From positions 32,631,794-32,669,701 of the forward strand of contig NC_068987.1 of the NCBI RefSeq assembly GCF_001194135.2: 37,908 nucleotides of DNA. The letters run 5' to 3'. Shown here piece by piece: positions 1 to 12,236 of the stretch; within the stretch, counting starts at the first letter, position 1, and each line of letters begins with the position of its first letter. The stretch is from Octopus bimaculoides (Eukaryota). Made by a program: the position numbers and the translations under genes. The notes beneath the pieces were generated by a model. The model saw only the letters and a program-made list of their open reading frames with translations. It did no database searches and was not told the DNA's origin.

Positions 1-400
1 ACGTGTTGCTTGTGTGAGTATACATTTTCTGTGTTCAGGTATTCCGTGCTTCTGTGAGTGTGGGAGTGTGGGAGTGTACATGTTGGTGTGTGATGTGTGT
101 GCTGAGTTAAATACTGTGAGTGGCTGTATGTGTGATGACTCTATTGAAGATCATGTGTGGATGCGTGGATAATGGTGTGTGGTGCTAGTGTAAGTGAAAC
201 GGAAGGTGTTTGTGTGCGTATGTGTGTATGTGTGTGTGTAATGGTGTGTGAAATGATTAATGAGTTTAACAGTGTGTATTGGTGTATTTATAGTGATGTG
301 TGTGTGGTGATGTTACTCAGGTAGGTGATATGTAGGTGTGTAAGTTGAGGGGAGGGAAATTTGAATGTGGAAGGTGTGTGGGATTCCGGGTGGAGTTGGT
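1..400 (-). mobile_element. Probable 3' UTR/pLTR of the Penelope-like element, continuing beyond the left window edge
   Basis: Strongly strand-biased (G/T-rich on plus, C/A-rich on minus) tract directly downstream of the EN coding end. Composition is similar to the tract at 30780-31200. Confidence 0.55.
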
Positions 401-1300
401 ATCCGATGAAGTGAGGTAGTGAGTTGAGCCCATATGTCGCAAAGGAACGAAAAGAGAAGATTAATTCCTATTCATGGCGAATGCGGGAGTCCCTTTCCCG
501 CCTGAGTAGAAGCAGTCCGAATACAGACAGATATTGTATCAAATGACCGGTATTGCGGAAGTGGGCAGGACCAGGGTGTCATTGTCGAGCTTGATGTCTC
601 GGAGATGTTCCGCGAACCTGTCAGACAAGTGGTGTCCCGTTTGACCAATGTACAGGGAAGAATAGAGAGAGCAGGGGAAGCAGTAAATAGCATTACTGGA
701 GGTACAGGTAAAGGAATCGGTGACGTGATAGGGACGGTGATGGGTGTCATTGAGGATGGTAGTGTTGAAATTGGGGCAGTTGTGACAGCGTGGTTGAGAG
801 CATGAAAAAGAGCTAGACTGGGAGGCAGGGGTAAGGAAGAAACTGTAGACCAGGAGGTCACGCAGGTTATGAGCTCGTTTGAAGGAGGGAAGGGGTAGGT
901 TAAGGAAGATGTACGAGGTGGAGGGGTCAGACTGGAGTCGCCGAAATCTCCGAGAATGATGCGTTGGAGAGGTAGGGTGGAGGAGTGGTAAGTGAGGGGA
1001 AACGGGAGAGGGTAAGGGTGGGGAGGATGCGAGGAGAAAGAGCAGAAGCACGGTCTACAGATCGGGCCCGGCAAAAGGCAGTGTGGATAATCGTGCGGGG
1101 ATGAAGTGGAGTGGGATGAAATGGCGAGCTATGAGTTGAGACTGAGACTCAAAGTCATGGTCGTCAGTACAGAGTCTGCGTAGACGTAGGAATTGGGAGT
1201 AGGGGATGGGGAACTTGGTGTCGGTGGGGTGAGAAGAGGTGAAGTTAAGGTCGGAGTGTGAGTCAGTGTGTTTTTAGTGGATGAAGGTGGTGAGAATTAA
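400..1300 (-). mobile_element. 5'-truncated Penelope-like retroelement: RT C-terminal/thumb region, Cys linker and GIY-YIG endonuclease, frameshifted
   Basis: Minus-strand translation of about 1270-1110 gives TDSHSDLNFTSSHPTDTKFPIPYSQFLRLRRLCTDDHDFE, the PLE post-RT motif. ORF 539-1051 contains LPSFKRAHNLRDLLV, CSQPRCHNCP and DSFTCTSSNAIYCFPCSLYSSLYIGQTGHHLSDRFAEHLRDI. A shifted frame continues GHLIQYLSVFGL...RIRHE*ELIFSFRSFATYGLN. Confidence 0.92.
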
Positions 1301-1331
1301 GTGGTGTATGTTGACAGAGATGCCAATACAT

Positions 1332-1392
<61 letters not shown>

Positions 1393-2496
1393 NNNNNNNN
1401 NNNNNNNNNNNNNNNNNNNNNNNNNNNNNNNNNNNNNNNNNNNNNNNNNNNNNNNNNNNNNNNNNNNNNNNNNNNNNNNNATAAGAATTTATCAAGTAGT
1501 CAGCGTGAAAAAAACCTCATATTGAAAATATAATGAAAAAATTTCGTAATGAAAAACTTCATCATTTTTTCATAAATATAAATAATTATATATAAAGGGC
1601 ATTATATATACCCTACCAAATTCTGGTGCCTCAAACATTTTAAGTACCACATTTAATCTAAGACAGTAAAACGTGATGGGAGCCAACTCCTTGCAATCTT
1701 TACCATGTCACGTTACCCTACAGTGGCCCCATCTGTGATTTTTACCGTCATGAAGTTACGCGCGAGAATAGTATGAAAGTTGCGCCATTAGTGGTGGTAA
1801 CACCACAAGGGCAACGGAATGCAGTTCTATGCAAGGGACAAGGTAGCGCCTCAAAATGGTGTCCGTAAAGACTTTTGCCACGTATTTCTATCAACAATGG
1901 AACATCTTCCCTAATCACGAAATTACATAATCCTTGCTGATATAAAATTTAATATAGGTACACGCATTTTCATGAAGAGAATGAAAATTCATATGTTCAA
2001 ATATATATATTAAAATAACAAAAGCAATCGGTCAGTCCAGATCAGGTTTATTAAAGTACGAAACAGTTTATAATCCTGATAGTGTTATTTAAAATTTGTT
2101 CATTCATACTTTTCTTCAGCAAGTAACTGTAATATTGTTGTTGCTAGATTTATTACTTACAATATTTTACTTCTTAGATGGATCAGAGATCTAGTGACGA
2201 TTTTACTGCTGCATATGCATATCGATTCCAATAAAACTAAAAGTTATACTGTTTCGGATACATTACTATATGCCAACGTAAAACTCTTCATAAAATGGTG
2301 CTTTCGGCCATTACACGAATATTTTAAGCTACGAATTACATCGATGTCTTATTTACGTTTATGATCATAATATACGAAGTGTAGAAGCATGTGGCTGCGC
2401 AACTTTCACAAGGATAGCAGTAAAATTAATGGAAAGATTACAGCTGGAAATCAAACTCAACGACTGACAATACTTCAATACTTTTACTAACATCTG

Positions 2497-2700
2497 AAGG
2501 CAGCGAGCTGGCAGAATCGTTAACACGTCGAGCAAAATGCTTAGCGGCATTTCACCCGTCTTCAGGTTCTGAATTTAATTCCGAGTTCGACTTTGCCTTT
2601 CATTCTTTCGGAGTCTATAAAATAAGTACCAGTTGAGTACTGGAGTCGATTTAATAGATTTACGCAACCCCCGATCTTATAGGCCTTGTGCCAAAAGTTG
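2497..2700 (+). mobile_element. Octopus-type tRNA-derived SINE, family 1, copy A
   Basis: Head AAGGCAGCGAGCTGGCAGAATCGTT with an A-box-like TGGCAGAATCG. Body CGACTTTGCCTTTCAT...AAGTACCAGTTGAGTACTGG...GGCCTTGTGCCAAAA is shared with the other copies in the window. Confidence 0.88.
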
Positions 2701-2713
2701 CCACCAACAACTT

Positions 2714-2922
2714 AAGGCGGCGAACTGGCAGGATCGCTAGCATGCTGGACAAATTTCTTAGCGACATTTGATGCGTCTTTACGTTTTGAGTTCAAATTCC
2801 ACCGTGGTCGATTTTGCCTTTCAGCCTTTCGGAGTTGATTAAATAAATACCACTTGAGTTCGGGGTTCGATTTAATCGACTTACCCTTCCCCCGAAATTT
2901 CTGGCCTTGTGCCAAAATTTGA
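2714..2922 (+). mobile_element. Family 1 SINE, copy B, head-to-tail with copy A
   Basis: AAGGCGGCGAACTGGCAGGATCG...GAGTTCAAATTCC (B-box-like)...GGCCTTGTGCCAAAATTTGA. Confidence 0.9.
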
Positions 2923-3589
2923 TACTAATTCGAAAACAATATCTCATGAAGTATTCGCGAGGTACTTGTCGGATATATGATGGTTTCAACAAACCTGATC
3001 CTTCCTTGCATTAGCCATGAATAGGAATTTTGTGGTGCCATAGGACTTCTAATTCCTTTTCAATAAAGGAGTTTGTGAAGATCAAAAATTCCTAACAAAA
3101 AGCACATACAATTATATAAGCACAGATGTAACATCCATACTCATAAAGACAACAAAATATAATTTATTCCACACACATGCTATCGCGCAATATACACACA
3201 GGTATGGACAGGCACGCACAGAACAAATACATGAAAGACATACACATATCTTCAGACAAATACAAAGCATTTACACACAGGAACATACGCATATAAAACA
3301 TATAAAACATAAGCACACATACAGTCGCGCGCGTGCACACACACACACAAATACACACACACATACGCGCGCGCACACGCACACACACACACACACACGT
3401 GCGCACACGCTAAAAAAACAAACAACATATACATGCAGAAACCTCTCGAACGAATACTTTCTCTCTACCTCATCATCTAATTAGTGATTCAGGTATTTCA
3501 CGAAGTGAATATTCGCACCTGCGACGTTTCACAGAATATTTCTCTATCATTAAATACCACAAGGACAACAACAACAACAACGATGTGAA

Positions 3590-3960
3590 TAACAAGGAAA
3601 AGAAGGCCTAAAAGCGAAAAAAATAGAAATGGTGAAAAAGAAGATAGAGCAGAGAAAAAAGGAGAAGAAGAGGAAAAAGAAGGAAGGGAGGAGGAGGAGG
3701 GAAGGAGGAGATGAAGTAAAAGAAGAAGGAGAAAAATAAGACGTAAAAGAAAAAAAGAAAAAGAAGATAATAATAATAATAAGAAGACGAAGAAGAAGNN
3801 NNNNNNNNAAGAAGAAGAAGAAGAAGAAGAAGAGGAGGAGGAGGAATAGAAGAAGGTAGAAAATTAGGAGAAAAAGAAGTTGAAGAAAAGGAAACGAAAG
3901 AATCTAGAAACGTAGTAGAAAAGAAGAAACGAATAAAAATACTAAAAACAGGAAGACAAT
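3590..3960. repeat. Purine-rich (GAA/GAG)n low-complexity tract containing a 10-N gap
   Basis: AAGAAGAAG/GAGGAG runs read directly. Confidence 0.9.
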
Positions 3961-4029
3961 GAGAAAAAAAAAAGCAAGAATGTTGTGAAAAATTGATTAT
4001 ATTGTAATCAAGAAAAATAAATATTGCTA

Positions 4030-4210
4030 ATTTAGGTACAAAGTCGGTAACTTTTGAGGGGAGGAGCAGCTGAACTTGACGTGTACTTTATTTCATATAT
4101 CCCGGTGGGATTGAAATCAAAGAAGACATCGGTGATTATTTGAATTGCAAACGAATGTGAAATGATTACCGCAAGGTAATTTATCCGACACTCTACCAAC
4201 TCAGTAAATT
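4030..4210 (-). mobile_element. Highly degenerate family 1-related SINE
   Basis: AGGTACAAAGTC...TTTTGAGGGGAGG and TACCGCAAGGTAATTTATCCGACACTCTACC resemble the reverse complement of the family 1 tail and head. Confidence 0.5.
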
Positions 4211-4369
4211 AATAGATAATATGAAAAATAATGATTTCTTTTCTGGGTCCCCGTAGGAATAAGATGTTGATAAGACAACAAAGAGGGAAGTGCCAAAAAA
4301 AGACTGAAAACATAGTGGGGGTGGGGATTTACTTTGGGCTCGTAAAGTGTGGAGTGAACAGTAATATGG

Positions 4370-4552
4370 ATTTCAAACTTTGGGTGATAAGTCGATTACA
4401 ACGATCCCAGGGTTCAACTGGTGTTTATTTTATCGAACCTGATAGTAAGAAAGGCTAAACTGACATCGGCAGAATTTCAACTCAGAATGTGAACGACGAA
4501 ATGCCGCTAAGCATTTCGCCCGGTGTGCAAGCGATTCTGCCGGCTCACCGCC
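4370..4552 (-). mobile_element. Family 1 SINE, copy C
   Basis: GAAATGCCGCTAAGCATTTCGCCCGGTGTGCAAGCGATTCTGCCGGCTCACCGCC is the reverse-complement head. Confidence 0.88.
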
Positions 4553-4559
4553 AAAATAA

Positions 4560-4783
4560 TCCTTTCTATTGGGAGGCACAAGGCCTCAGATTTGGAGGAG
4601 GGTGATAGTCGATTACATCGACCCCAGTACTCAACTAGTACTTAATTTATCGACCTTGAAAGGAGGAAAGGTAAAGTCGACCTCGGAAGAATATGAACTC
4701 AGAACCTAGTGACGGACTAAATACCGCAAAGCATTTCGTCCACCGTGCTAACGATTCTGCCAGCTCGCCGCCTCCGCCGCCTT
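4560..4783 (-). mobile_element. Family 1 SINE, copy D
   Basis: GGCACAAGGCC...GTCGATTACATCGACCCCAGTACTCAACT...GTGCTAACGATTCTGCCAGCTCGCCGCC, with a duplicated terminal CGCCGCCT. Confidence 0.92.
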
Positions 4784-4811
4784 AATAATGATGATAATAA
4801 TAATAATAATG

Positions 4812-5022
4812 ATTTCAAATTTTACCACAAGGGCAGCAGTTTCGGGGCGGGGGATGAGTTGATTACATCGACCCCAGTGTTTCACTAGTACTTATTATCG
4901 ACCCTGAAAGAATGAAAAGCAAAGTCGACCTCAGCAGAATTTGAACTAAGATTGTTACGACGGACGAGGTACCGCTAAACATTTAGCCCGGCGTACTAAC
5001 GATTCTGCCAGTTCACCGCCTT
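4812..5022 (-). mobile_element. Family 1 SINE, copy E
   Basis: GATTTCAAATTTT...GATTACATCGACCCCAGTG...CTAACGATTCTGCCAGTTCACCGCCTT. An (AAT)n tail at 4784-4811 separates it from copy D. Confidence 0.9.
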
Positions 5023-6961
5023 TAGAGCGAACAATATTAGAATACACATATTTAGAAATTTATATCTGTATTTGTACACCAGTGTTGTGTTTTATCATCT
5101 CCGACCTGTGAAATCATATATTGGAAATAAGAGGTTGAAAGAATAGTAGCGTACCTTTTTAGTCGAATGAATGGACTCAAGTGATCGTTTTCTGGTTTTT
5201 GATTTAAAAAAAAACTTTTTTAAGCCTGGTACTCATTCTTTCGGATTCATTTGCAGGTTTTCAATTTCAAGTTATGTTTCTCTGTCAATCAAATTAATAC
5301 TGATGAATGCTTGTTATGTTCTATTGTTCAAAATGATAGCAGCGATCAGCAGTAGTAAATTGGATGGGATGTCCCTATAAAAAGCGTCTTTGGTCTTGTG
5401 CTCACAGAATGAGATATTCCGAACACTCGTGAAAAAACTAGTGAACGTTTCTGTAGCATTAAAGCGATTTCGATGCTCCTTCGTCGTAGTGTATTTTTCG
5501 GCTACGTACAAAAAGAATGAATGTTGTTTACAGAATCACTGAAGAAATTAATTATTGTTAAATTTGAAAATTTTATGTGCTGGGTGTTTTGAATCTAGTT
5601 ACAAACCTCTAAGCTTGTCCCTTGCGTGTCGGAAAGACATGAACTTTTTCACAGTGCCTGTTAAGATGTTTTTATTGTATCAGTGAAGTAATTTTATTTG
5701 ATCGAAGAAGAAAATAAAATTAATAATTTCAAAGTATCCTAAAGTTGAAGGTACCAGTTTTAAAATAATATGGGTAATATGAACGTTCTGTGTTATAATA
5801 GAAATATTTAATCTAAATTACATTAACAGTAGAATGTATGAATGTAAAAGAAAAACAAAAACAAAAAAACAGTATCGCTCGTCAGATGTACGTTCTTTCT
5901 ATTGCCTATGATGTGAAGAAACTTAAAGAGGTTAAAGTAGAAATAATTAGTCTAGAAGAGATAAGTATTTGGAAAAGAATAAATAAAATTCTCCCCTTAT
6001 TCTGAAATATATGTATCAACTAAAAATTGTAAGAGATAAATGTGGTAGGATTTATCTATTTAAGCGACTGAACGACGCTAATACAAGGTTTTTGAAATTA
6101 GATAATAAAAAAAAACGGCGAATATCAAATGAGATTATCTGACGGTGACTTTTGAAATTATTTCAATTACAGGAACTAAGTAACTTAAGATCAATTTAGT
6201 AAGATCGTTAAAATATACACTATATTCTAGAGTAGATAAGATTTTCTAGTTTGGTTAATAATATTTTATGGTTATTACCGATAAAATCTCAAGGAAGCCG
6301 TGTAATTACCGTAAGTTATTTGTATAAATTGTGAAAAGAAGAGAATAAAACTTACAAGCAGAGACTTAAGTTGTTGATAAGAGAGAAATACCATTGAAAT
6401 TGTAGAACAGAAGTATTATTAAATTAGGAAAAAAGAGGTTTGATTTGGTTGAGAATATAATGATTGAAATGAAACACATAGGCAGTGTACTAATGAAACA
6501 AGTCCTTGTGTGAGTAAAAAATTTCTACAGAAAATTATATGAATAGAAGCGTGGAGAAATGAAAGCTGAATATTACGCGAATATGTATGGAGCTAAACAC
6601 ATATGTTTACGTACTGTCATAGCAATATACTATATGGAATTCCCAAAGGTGGAAACTTAAAAAGAAATTTGGAAACAATTAAAATGTCACATAATTAAAT
6701 ATTTGATGATATGCAGGTAAAAAATATAAATATGAATGAGGGTACCTCCTTGATGAATTTGTGAATGGTGAAAAGGAGGACTGTAACAAAACAGACGATT
6801 CTTTGATTGATCGAACGATTAGTTAATTGGGTAAAAAGATGGAGAATAATAGTAAAAATGTGAAATAGAATTAACGTGTGTGATTCATATTGGCAAAGTG
6901 AGCCAGCCAAAATACGAGTTTCAATACACTTTTTCGCATCAAATGCTTTGAAAACGCAATA

Positions 6962-7024
<63 letters not shown>

Positions 7025-7059
7025 AAATGTTTGATAAACACTAGATGCAGTGTAGACCA

Positions 7060-7270
7060 TTTGTTTGCAAGGTGCTTTTCGCAATCGTTGCTATTTGCAT
7101 CCACAGCATAGGGAGTCCGTGGAACAATTGGATGCAAATATACAAGATTTCTTCAAAGGAACTGTTCACTACGTTATGTATCAACACAATGTACTGCCGT
7201 GTTCCCCTGAAGAACTGTTGCGGATTTACATCTAATTGCACTGTGAACAGAGGGTGCAAATAACATTCAC
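7060..7270 (+). mobile_element. Possible Tc1-like transposase C-terminal remnant
   Basis: A plus frame reads GAFRNRCYLHPQHRESVEQLDANIQDFFK, loosely similar to Tc1-type (W)GxLKxxVY...TxEQLxxNI C-termini. Catalytic motifs are not seen. Confidence 0.3.
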
Positions 7271-7526
7271 AATGGTGAAGCGTACGTAGGGAATAAATGT
7301 ATAAGCTATGGTCTATCTATCATAATTTTTCCTATATTTGCTACCTATATCATAACTATTAATACTATTAAGTACTGTAGAAACCATATCACTAGTAGTA
7401 TATCAGTTAACGATACTTCTAGTGGAAGTCTAATTTCTCTGGTAGCTGTCGTAAGTAAGAAATACACTCAAGAAATACTATATACATATACATATGAATA
7501 TGTAAATACATACATACATACATACA

Positions 7527-7724
7527 TTATGCGGAAATTAAAGCTTTTGTACAGTGACTATGAATTCTCATTTGTACCTATCATCATAGGTACCAACAAT
7601 TTTGCACGAAAACTTAGAAATACTCGGTTTCACAGAAAAAGAGCAGAAGAAACTGACGCAGATTCTCCAAACCCTCTGTATTAGTGGCAGAATGAAGATT
7701 TGTAAGACATTCCAAAAATTCTGA
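7527..7724 (+). mobile_element. 3' end fragment of an R4/Dong-like (RLE-type) non-LTR retrotransposon ORF
   Basis: LMRKLKLLYSDYEFSFVPIIIG, a frameshift, then NLEILGFTEKEQKKLTQILQTLCISGRMKICKTFQKF*. This matches the typical RLE-LINE C-terminus PIIIG...GxxKICKTF. Confidence 0.7.
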
Positions 7725-8540
7725 GAATCTTATGTGAATCGATGCACACACTTGGGTGTATGCATCGACCAATACAACTAACACACCAACTCAACCACAT
7801 ACTTACAAACACTGAGAAGTCTTTTAACCCCAAAAGTCTTGTCGCTCTGTTAGCGACCGGCTTGACTTCTTTCAAAACCTTAAAATGAACTCAAAGAAAA
7901 GTCATACATACATACATACATACATACATATAAACACACACATACACACATTCACACATATATGTGTATGTACGTACTTATGTATGTATGTACGTACGTA
8001 TGTGTGTATGTGTGTGTGTGTGAGCATATTTGCATATGTATTATACGCAGTGGAGATACAAATTGAAATAAATATATATTTTTATACCGGGGCTCATGAA
8101 CAAACCTATATAACTATACGTGCAAACATATATATATATATATANNNNNNNNNNNNNNNNNNNNNNNNNNNNNNNNNNNNNNNNNNNNNNNNNNNNNNNN
8201 NNNNNNNNNNNNNNNNNNNNNNNNNNNNNNNNNNNNNNNNNNNNNNNNNNNNNNNNNNNNNNNNNNNNNNNNNNNNNNNNNNNNNNNNNNNNNNNNNNNN
8301 NNNNNNNNNNNNNNNNNNNNNNNNNNNNNNNNNNNNNNNNNNNNNNNNNNNNNNNNNNNNNNNNNNNNNNNNNNNNNNNNNNNNNNNNNNNNNNNNNNNN
8401 NNNNNNNNNNNNNNNNNNNNNNNNNNNNNNNNNNNNNNNNNNNNNNNNNNNNNNNNNNNNNNNNNNNNNNNNNNNNNNNNNNNNNNNNNNNNNNNNNNNN
8501 NNNNNNNNNNNNNNNNNNNNNNNNNNNNNNNNNNNNNNNN

Positions 8541-8871
8541 CAACGGAACAGCCTGCTCGTGAAATTAACGTGCAAGTGGCTGAGCACTCCACAGACACGT
8601 GTACCCTTAACGTAGTTCTCGGGGATATTCAGCGTGACACAGTGTGACAAGGCTGACCCTTTGAATTACAGGCACGACAGAAACAGGAAGTAAGAGAAAG
8701 TTGTGGTGGAAGAGTAGAGCAGGGTTCGCCACCATTCCCTGCCGGAGCCTCGTGGAGCTTTTTAGGTGTTTTCGCTCAATAAACACTCACAACTCCCGGT
8801 CTGGGAATCGAAACCGCGATCCTATGACCTGCGAGTCTGCTGCCCTAACCACTGGGCCATTGCGCCTCCAC
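8541..8871 (-). mobile_element. Well-preserved tRNA-derived SINE, family 3, cut by the gap
   Basis: Minus-strand head GTGGAGGCGCAATGGCCCAGTGGTTAGGGCAGCAGACTCGCAGGTCATAGGATCGCGGTTTCGATTCCCAG, with A-box TGGCCCAGTGG and B-box GGTTTCGATTCC. Confidence 0.92.
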
Positions 8872-9537
8872 TACAGACATAGGTACAGATACAGGAACAG
8901 CACAGATAAACACATACCCACGTGAACACCTACTCACGTATTTATATGCGCGTGTGTGAGTGTATTTGAATGTGTATGCTTTGACAGATGAGGTGAGAAC
9001 AAAATAAAACAAAAACAAACACGACGCTATATTACACTTCACTGTCGTCGTTTATACAATATGTGGCAATTTTCTCATTATTTTCGTTTTTTATCAGCTG
9101 AATATTAAAGGTGTCATTGGCTATCAAATATTTGATTATCTTTCCTGTATTCATTCTTTATTAATTCATATAATGTTTCGTATTTGGCATAACAATTACA
9201 TACAACCGTGCACTTATTCTTGTGTGTCTCTGCATATATGTATGCGCAGTATATGTTTGTATATATGTATGTATTCACACACGCGCGCACGCATAGACAC
9301 ACAGACAAACACACACAGACAAACACACCCAGACAAACACACACACACATGTATATTCGTACAAATAACACACACACGTATATATATATATATACATGAA
9401 GATACACAAGCAAGTATCCACACATTTAATGTATTACTATTATTAACGTTATTATTATTCTTACGTTTATGCATCTATTTAACGTACACTCACACATACA
9501 TATATATTCATGTTTGTCGTAATGAATATGTACAGAC

Positions 9538-9572
<35 letters not shown>

Positions 9573-10563
9573 ATATATATATATATATATATATATNNNN
9601 NNNNNNNNNNNNNNNNNNNNNNNNNNNNNNNNNNNNNNNNNNNNNNNNNNNNNNNNNNNNNNNNNNNNNNNNNNNNNNNNNNNNNNNNNNNNNNNNNNNN
9701 NNNNNNNNNNNNNNNNNNNNNNNNNNNNNNNNNNNNNNNNNNNNNNNNNNNNNNNNNNNNNNNNNNNNNNNNNNNNNNNNNNNNNNNNNNNNNNNNNNNN
9801 NNNNNNNNNNNNNNNNNNNNNNNNNNNNNNNNNNNNNNNNNNNNNNNNNNNNNNNNNNNNNNNNNNNNNNNNNNNNNNNNNNNNNNNNNNNNNNNNNNNN
9901 NNNNNNNNNNNNNNNNNNNNNNNNNNNNNNNNNNNNNNNNNNNNNNNNNNNNNNNNNNNNNNNNNNNNNNNNNNNNNNNNNNNNNNNNNNNNNNNNNNNN
10001 NNNNNNNNNNNNNNNNNNNNNNNNNNNNNNNNNNNNNNNNNNNNNNNNNNNNNNNNNNNNNNNNNNNNNNNNNNNNNNNNNNNNNNNNNNNNNNNNNNNN
10101 NNNNNNNNNNNNNNNNNNNNNNNNNNNNNNNNNNNNNNNNNNNNNNNNNNNNNNNNNNNNNNNNNNNNNNNNNNNNNNNNNNNNNNNNNNNNNNNNNNNN
10201 NNNNNNNNNNNNNNNNNNNNNNNNNNNNNNNNNNNNNNNNNNNNNNNNNNNNNNNNNNNNNNNNNNNNNNNNNNNNNNNNNNNNNNNNNNNNNNNNNNNN
10301 NNNNNNNNNNNNNNNNNNNNNNNNNNNNNNNNNNNNNNNNNNNNNNNNNNNNNNNNNNNNNNNNNNNNNNNNNNNNNNNNNNNNNNNNNNNNNNNNNNNN
10401 NNNNNNNNNNNNNNNNNNNNNNNNNNNNNNNNNNNNNNNNNNNNNNNNNNNNNNNNNNNNNNNNNNNNNNNNNNNNNNNNNNNNNNNNNNNNNNNNNNNN
10501 NNNNNNNNNNNNNNNNNNNNNNNNNNNNNNNNNNNNNNNNNNNNNNNNNNNNNNNNNNNNNNN

Positions 10564-10611
<48 letters not shown>

Positions 10612-11692
10612 GACACATACACACACACACAAATAAAACTTACGCCCATACATGCATTCATTCATACACATACTATATATGTACGTTTACATATTTATGT
10701 ATTTGTGCATATACATATACGAAATGCAAACAAAAGTTAATATGCATACATACAAACATACAGAAAAAGGCATATACATTCACGTAGGGGAAGAGAAAAT
10801 GTCAAATGTAATTTAGAAAGAGCTAATTGGATTATATAATATTCCAAATAAGATGGCGGACATAAAGAAGGAGAAAATATTAGCCTATAAAATCTAACGG
10901 CAGCTTTTGTGGTTAATTAAATAACAACAAAAAAAAAACAAAGCTACTATCGATTGATAAATGTGTAAATTATTAAATACCTTCAAAGGGACAATAGCTG
11001 ATAGGAAAGCAATGGTTCGGTATAACCCAAGTCGATAAAAAAATGAGCTGCGCTAATTTTATTGAGGGTTTTGTGTGTGTATGTGTGTGTACGCGTTTGA
11101 GAGAGAGTGTGTGAGTGAGTGAGTGCGCGGATGCATGTGTGAGTGCGTGTGCTTGTCTGAGCGTGTGTGTTTGTGAGACAGTATGCATAATTATATAAGC
11201 ATATATTTATGCACATATATAATAATATCACTTATACTTATATTTACATACATACGTAGGTATATATCTTTATCTCTCGCCTTATATATATATATATATA
11301 TNNNNNNNNNNNNNNNNNNNNNNNNNNNNNNNNNNNNNNNNNNNNNNNNNNNNNNNNNNNNNNNNNNNNNNNNNNNATATGTGTTGCAGAAATACCCGGC
11401 GTTGTTCGGGTTAAAGAGAAGAATGAAATTTTAGAATGCTGGTCACAACTGCTAGTAGATGACATACCAAATTTCTACATTAATAACTCTCTAACCCATG
11501 CCAGCATGGAACATAGAAGTTAAGTGAAATGTTAAAAGAAAGTTTTCAACTCATATTTATATATGTATATATATACATAGAAAGTAAATACACGTAATTC
11601 AAAAACACGTTTTGTGTAGCTTTTTAAATTACCAAAAGAAAAAAACAAGTACAGATTATAAAAAATGAAATGGTGATTCATTTGAGATAAAT

Positions 11693-12236
11693 CTAACCTT
11701 GGATCTTGAAAGTCTGCCTGAATCCTGGCTCAGTTAGATCTCTTGCGGCTCCAAATGATGTCATCTGTAGTGCAGCATTGTATTGTCTAATTTTGTTTTG
11801 GAAGAGCTTATACTCTTGGTCAGTCGATGACAACAGTTTCTTCAATGGATTTGGAGGTTGAAGGATTGCAAGTTTAACTTTTCCATCACTGCAGGTGTCT
11901 CTCCAGGCCACCTCTTGCTTTACCATGTCTGCACTCATTTGGAAACTCTAGTGTCATCTGCATAACGAATTGTTGGATCATAGTTGAAAGCTGCTTCATA
12001 GAAGTTGCTTCCCTGAGCTGTTGCAACTGCTCGTCATTCTGTAGTGGAGATCCTATTCCTTGTCATCCGGACATACTTCTGTTCATCACTTTGAGATGTT
12101 CTGTCTTTTGCAGTGCACAGTCTGTTTGTTCCTTGGTATTCTTCCTTTTCTGCGGCTGTCTCCCCTTCCCTGGCCAGAGAATTCTTTTGGCTTACGTTGA
12201 CATTGTAGACAAATTTGACACTTTCCTTCTAGGCAT
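11693..12236 (-). pseudogene. Helitron RepHel N-terminal fragment with stops and frameshifts
   Basis: MPRRKVSNLSTMST*...AAFNYDP...CSDGKVKLAILQPPNPLKKLLS...KIRQYNAALQMTSFGA...TFKIQG. These are hallmark Helitron N-terminal motifs (CCxxGKV, YNxAxQMTSFG, FKxQG). Confidence 0.88.

Noticed and set aside
463-3029. Exact 16-nt inverted match AATTCCTATTCATGGC (463-478) / GCCATGAATAGGAATT (3014-3029)
   Set aside because: One 16-mer match is roughly expected by chance among all pairs in about 34 kb of AT-rich sequence, and it does not extend.
7885-10787. Long ORFs of 145-487 aa in the track (also 20540-23363 and 31564-32321)
   Set aside because: They are open only because of N-runs and (TA)n/(CA)n repeats (YIYI, HTHT, CVCV).
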